Source: an uncultured Mycoplasmatota bacterium (GTDB taxonomy: Bacteria; Bacillota_I; Bacilli_A; RF39; UBA660). Taken from it: a stretch of 42,353 bases of DNA. The DNA lies in assembly GCA_947572405.1 (NCBI GenBank), contig CANPBV010000001.1, positions 1 through 42,353 on the forward strand, written 5' to 3'. The notes beneath the pieces are model-generated. The model saw only the letters and a program-made list of their open reading frames with translations, did not search any database and was not told the DNA's origin. The translations under genes were made by a program, and so were the position numbers. Shown here in pieces: positions 38,026 to 42,353 of this stretch; positions within the stretch are counted from its first letter, which is position 1, and each line of letters starts with the position of its first letter.

Positions 38026-38703
38026 CTATACCCTCTCATCACAAATGATTTTTCCATCATCAATCGTAATAATTCGATTGGCGTTTAATGCTAAATTATA
38101 ATCATGGGTAATCATAATAATCGTCTGTTTGTATCTTTTGTTAGATAATTTTAATAATTCCACAATCTCTTTTGAAGCCTTACTATCTAGATTTCCAGTC
38201 GGCTCATCTGCTAAAAGTAAAGCTGGATGATTCATCAATGCTCTTCCGATGGACACTCTTTGCTGTTGCCCTCCTGATAATTCATTTGGCAAGTGTCTTA
38301 CTCTATTTTTTAATCCTAATGTCTCTATTAATTCATCCAAATAAACTTGATCTACTTTCTTACTATCTAATAAAATTGGTAATGTGATATTCTCCGTCAC
38401 ATTTAAAATTGGAATTAAATTATAAAATTGATAAATAAGTCCGACTTGTCTTCTTCTAAAAATTGCCAAGTTTGTCTCATTTAATTTATAAACATCTTCC
38501 CCTTCTACATATACTTTTCCACTAGTAGGTCTATCTACTCCACCTAAAATGTGTAAAAGTGTACTTTTTCCGCTTCCACTAGCTCCTACGATTGCTACAA
38601 ACTCCCCTTTTTCCACAGTAAAACTAACATGATCCAAAGCTTTTACCAAGGTTTCTCCTTTTCCATATGTTTTACACAAATTTTCTACTTGCAATATTTC
38701 CAT
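38026..38703 (-). CDS. ABC transporter ATP-binding protein (MacB/LolD-like)
   Basis: Walker A GASGSGKST, Q-loop, signature LSGGQQQR, Walker B LLLADEPT, H-loop ITHD. Confidence 0.92.
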   Translation of the reverse strand: MEILQVENLCKTYGKGETLVKALDHVSFTVEKGEFVAIVGASGSGKSTLLHILGGVDRPTSGKVYVEGEDVYKLNETNLAIFRRRQVGLIYQFYNLIPILNVTENITLPILLDSKKVDQVYLDELIETLGLKNRVRHLPNELSGGQQQRVSIGRALMNHPALLLADEPTGNLDSKASKEIVELLKLSNKRYKQTIIMITHDYNLALNANRIITIDDGKIICDERV

Positions 38704-38713
38704 TTTTTTCTCC

Positions 38714-39469
38714 TTACTTTAACATGCTTTCATTTGCATCTTCTTTCATGCTTACCACTTCTCCATTTTCTATTCCTAAAAGTAAGGGAAGTCGAGTTTC
38801 TTCTTTCATATCTTTCATAGTCTCTACAAACTTGTTATATTCTTCTTCTGTCAAAAAGACACTTGGACTTAAAAATTTCACATTCAAATTCTTACTATTT
38901 GCTTTTTTTAACATAGAATTGGTTGTTGAATCACCAATTCTACCAACTATAATCATTGTTGTTTTCTTTTCTTCTATCAATTTAAAATAGTCATTGCTAC
39001 TAAGCCGCTCAATATTCGGATAAGAATTGATAAATTCCTCTTCTTCCTGAATAAAGCCATTCTTTTTCAAGAAATGAAATACACTGATATCATCCATATA
39101 ACCAATATGGGAATCTATAATTTTATCTTTTTCTGTTATTAATATTCTAGGTGTTGTAAAATGAGAACTTCTAATTTCTAACTTTTCTAACAATTTATTT
39201 AACTGCTTTTTTGATAATTCATCTGTATTAATATAGCGATATTCAAAATGATATTGTTTACTTATATCATCCAGAATTGGTTTTAGCAAATTACAAAATC
39301 CACAAGTAGGTCTACCTAAGAATAAGATTTCCTGATTTTCTTTTAAAAGACTATCATATAATTTTTGAAATTTCCATGACTGATAGAAATATTTGATTCC
39401 CATTCCTAATAGTCCTCCAATAATCAAAACAATAACTGCAACTAAAAAAGTTTTATAATTCTTTTTCAT
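38714..39469 (-). CDS. Membrane-anchored tandem thioredoxin-fold protein, second CxxC lost
   Basis: Paralog of 34094..34996. Both share the pattern ILF.G...CG.C, YHF.Y.YI, LEKL, TP and KNG.I. Domain 1 has CGFC; domain 2 reads VGRIGDSTTNS at the CxxC position. Its stop (TAA) is part of the SD TAAGGAG of the ATPase gene. Confidence 0.65.
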   Translation of the reverse strand: MKKNYKTFLVAVIVLIIGGLLGMGIKYFYQSWKFQKLYDSLLKENQEILFLGRPTCGFCNLLKPILDDISKQYHFEYRYINTDELSKKQLNKLLEKLEIRSSHFTTPRILITEKDKIIDSHIGYMDDISVFHFLKKNGFIQEEEEFINSYPNIERLSSNDYFKLIEEKKTTMIIVGRIGDSTTNSMLKKANSKNLNVKFLSPSVFLTEEEYNKFVETMKDMKEETRLPLLLGIENGEVVSMKEDANESMLK

Positions 39470-39588
39470 ACACCATCCTACTTTCTAAATTCATTTTATA
39501 ATGACCATTTTATATTGTCAAGAAATAGTAAAATATATTGAATGAAAAATATAAGTTATAATGAAAAAGAATAGAGAGGAAAATATTT

Positions 39589-40496
<908 letters not shown>

Positions 40497-40508
<12 letters not shown>

Positions 40509-41996
40509 TCTGGTGTTTTTCTCTTGTGGAACTATGACAATTCTTTTTTGTAAATCATACAACACTCTAATTTTATCTAATAACTTAGTGACTCTGGCAT
40601 CCCCTTCTGGTATGCCTTTCTTTTCCTCACTAACTTTCTGTAATGCAAGATGTTTTAAAAATGCAAAAGAGGACTGAAGTGAAGGATTTTTAAGACATAT
40701 CTGCTCTAAAGTAGATGGAAAACAGTCTTGTTCTAATCTCTTTATTTTATGCCTAGCTATTTCTATATCCTTTTCTAATTTTATAATACGTTCTTTGGTT
40801 CGTTTCTGTTCATTTCTATTATTTTGCAATTCTTGTTCTTTCACTTCTCGATAATATTCTAAAGTGCCTTCCTGTTCTAAGGATTCTAATTCTTTTCGAT
40901 ACTGTTCCTCTGTATAACTACCATCATGATAAAGTTCCTCAATCATCACTTTTGCTTCTTGATAAGCTTCCTCATATTCTTTTTTTAAAGAGGCTGGGTT
41001 TCCTAATGATTGCATATAGTTTAATTCTTCCTGTTTCATTTTTTTTAAATCAGATTCACTTTTTTCTCTTAAATCGATAACAGATTCTAACGCTTTTACT
41101 ATCCATTCTATTTTCTTTTGATGTTCTCGTACATAGTAATGAATAGCATTTTTTAGAATATCTTCTTGACCTTCTTTACAATTGCAACTCAATATATAGA
41201 TTAAATGGGAAAATACTTCCAATACTGGAATATTTGGATATCGCTTTTCTAGTTCTTTAATCATATCTGATTTATAATCACCATTTTTACTCATTTCTTC
41301 TAATATCTCATCATCAAAAATAATCTGCAAAGTTTGATATAATGTTCCATATAAGGGGTAATGATGAGCTGAAACAATTTGATACTCAGAAACCCCATCT
41401 TCCAAATTATCTACTTGTATGTTAGGAGAATCAACTGAAGTATAACTTTCATGTGTGGTTGCTCTTCCCTCATAAAACATTTCTCTTAATTCAAAAGCAA
41501 AAGGAATTGATCCTCTGATTGGAAAGGTGTTTTCCCCCTCTGTCAAATGTGTCATTTCGTGATGTATCGTAGTAAACCTCTGCATAACATCATCTTCTGC
41601 TAAAGTAAACATCATTTTTAACGGTTTCCATGCAAATCCCTTACAGGTACAATAAAATTGACCATTCTGTGCTGGAGTATATTTACCATTTATAAAATCT
41701 AGATTTCCATTCTGACTTGTTAACTTTAAAATATGTTTTCTAAATTCGGTTGAAACTAGATTGGCTTCATTGATTTCGGATAGTTCAATAACTGCATACC
41801 CCTTCATATTCTCTAATACTCTTAAATATTCTTCTATATATTCATATCGACTTTTTGTAATATATTTTGGTGGATTATAACAGATAAAGGCAAAAACAAT
41901 AGAACCAAGTAAATTCTCTTTGGCCTGTTCTGTAAATGATTTTTTGGATAGTATTTCTATGACTCTTTCTATTAGCTCTTCCTTTGTTTGCATCAT
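40497..41996 (-). CDS. Hypothetical HExxH (zincin-like) protein with a C-terminal coiled coil
   Basis: HHEMTH at residues 145-150 (nt 41547-41564), with Glu-rich FELREMFYEGRATTHES 15-30 residues later. Residues approx. 300-430 are heptad-like and charged. Strong SD AAGGAG 7 nt upstream. Confidence 0.6.
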
Positions 41997-42220
41997 GATA
42001 AAACTCCTTTTATAATATCATCATTCATTTCCTGATATAAAGCTTCTTCTGTAAATTCTAATACAGAAATTAAATCAAAAAATTCTTCTTGATGGTTCCT
42101 CCCAGGTTCTGTTAACAATATAGTATCCATTTTAGAAAAAATAAAATTTATAAGTTCTAATGTTGGATAATCATTTATCTCTATTAAACTATAATATTTG
42201 TTCTTCAATGCTTGTTTCAT
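41993..42220 (-). CDS. Small acidic hypothetical protein (75 aa)
   Basis: Start at MKQALKN (SD AAGGTGA). The stop overlaps the ATG of the HExxH gene (ATGA). An extended -10 (TGATATAAT) lies just upstream. Confidence 0.5.
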   Translation of the reverse strand: MKQALKNKYYSLIEINDYPTLELINFIFSKMDTILLTEPGRNHQEEFFDLISVLEFTEEALYQEMNDDIIKGVLS

Positions 42221-42353
42221 ACTATCACCTTCTTTTATTATATCAAAACAAAAAAACAAATACTAGTTTTTAACCTATTATTCCAGGATAAAAACATGAA
42301 AACATGAAAAAAGAAAGAAAAAAGTATTGACAATTATAAAAAGAAAGGAAAAG

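Noticed and set aside
38629-38990. Plus-strand ORFs of 63 and 107 aa spanning the junction between the ABC ATPase and the Trx-like gene
   Set aside because: Antisense to two well-supported minus-strand genes. No SD and a hydrophobic low-complexity translation.

Overview
AT-rich, low-GC Firmicute-type chromosomal segment. SpoVS and CotF-like genes point to a spore former, and strong GGAGG-type ribosome-binding sites precede most genes. About 85% of genes lie on the minus strand. All product calls come from reading the translated ORFs for family motifs; no database search was run.

Most of the window is ordinary housekeeping:
- Cell shape: a SPOR-domain protein, radC, mreC and mreD.
- Translation: proS and aspS.
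- Secretion and proteolysis: secG and a pair of M16 peptidases (one active, one inactive).
- Nucleotide metabolism: add, deoD and a long-form prs.
- DNA repair: uvrA and mutY.
- Metals: a ZIP transporter, a lipoprotein and a P-type ATPase.
- Envelope: an ECF sigma/anti-sigma pair, a lipoprotein, an MBOAT protein and a DHHW protein, plus a GT4 glycosyltransferase.

Non-core content:
1. The left 1.9 kb looks like a mobile-element relic. It holds a frameshifted TnpV-like gene and a 322-bp tandem duplication (period 641 bp) carrying two nearly identical XRE regulators.
2. Several genes are decayed: TnpV-like, a Nudix hydrolase and ldh. A hypothetical gene at 21.5-22.3 kb may be split.
3. At 34.1-39.5 kb, two paralogous membrane-anchored tandem-thioredoxin (PDI-like) proteins bracket a MacB-type ABC exporter and a zinc-ribbon membrane protein.
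4. At 40.5-42.2 kb, at the window edge, a 499-aa HExxH plus coiled-coil protein is translationally coupled to a small acidic protein.

Items 3 and 4 are my best candidates for an uncharacterised system, but neither function can be established from sequence alone. No rRNA, tRNA, CRISPR array, intact transposase or recognisable riboswitch was seen.
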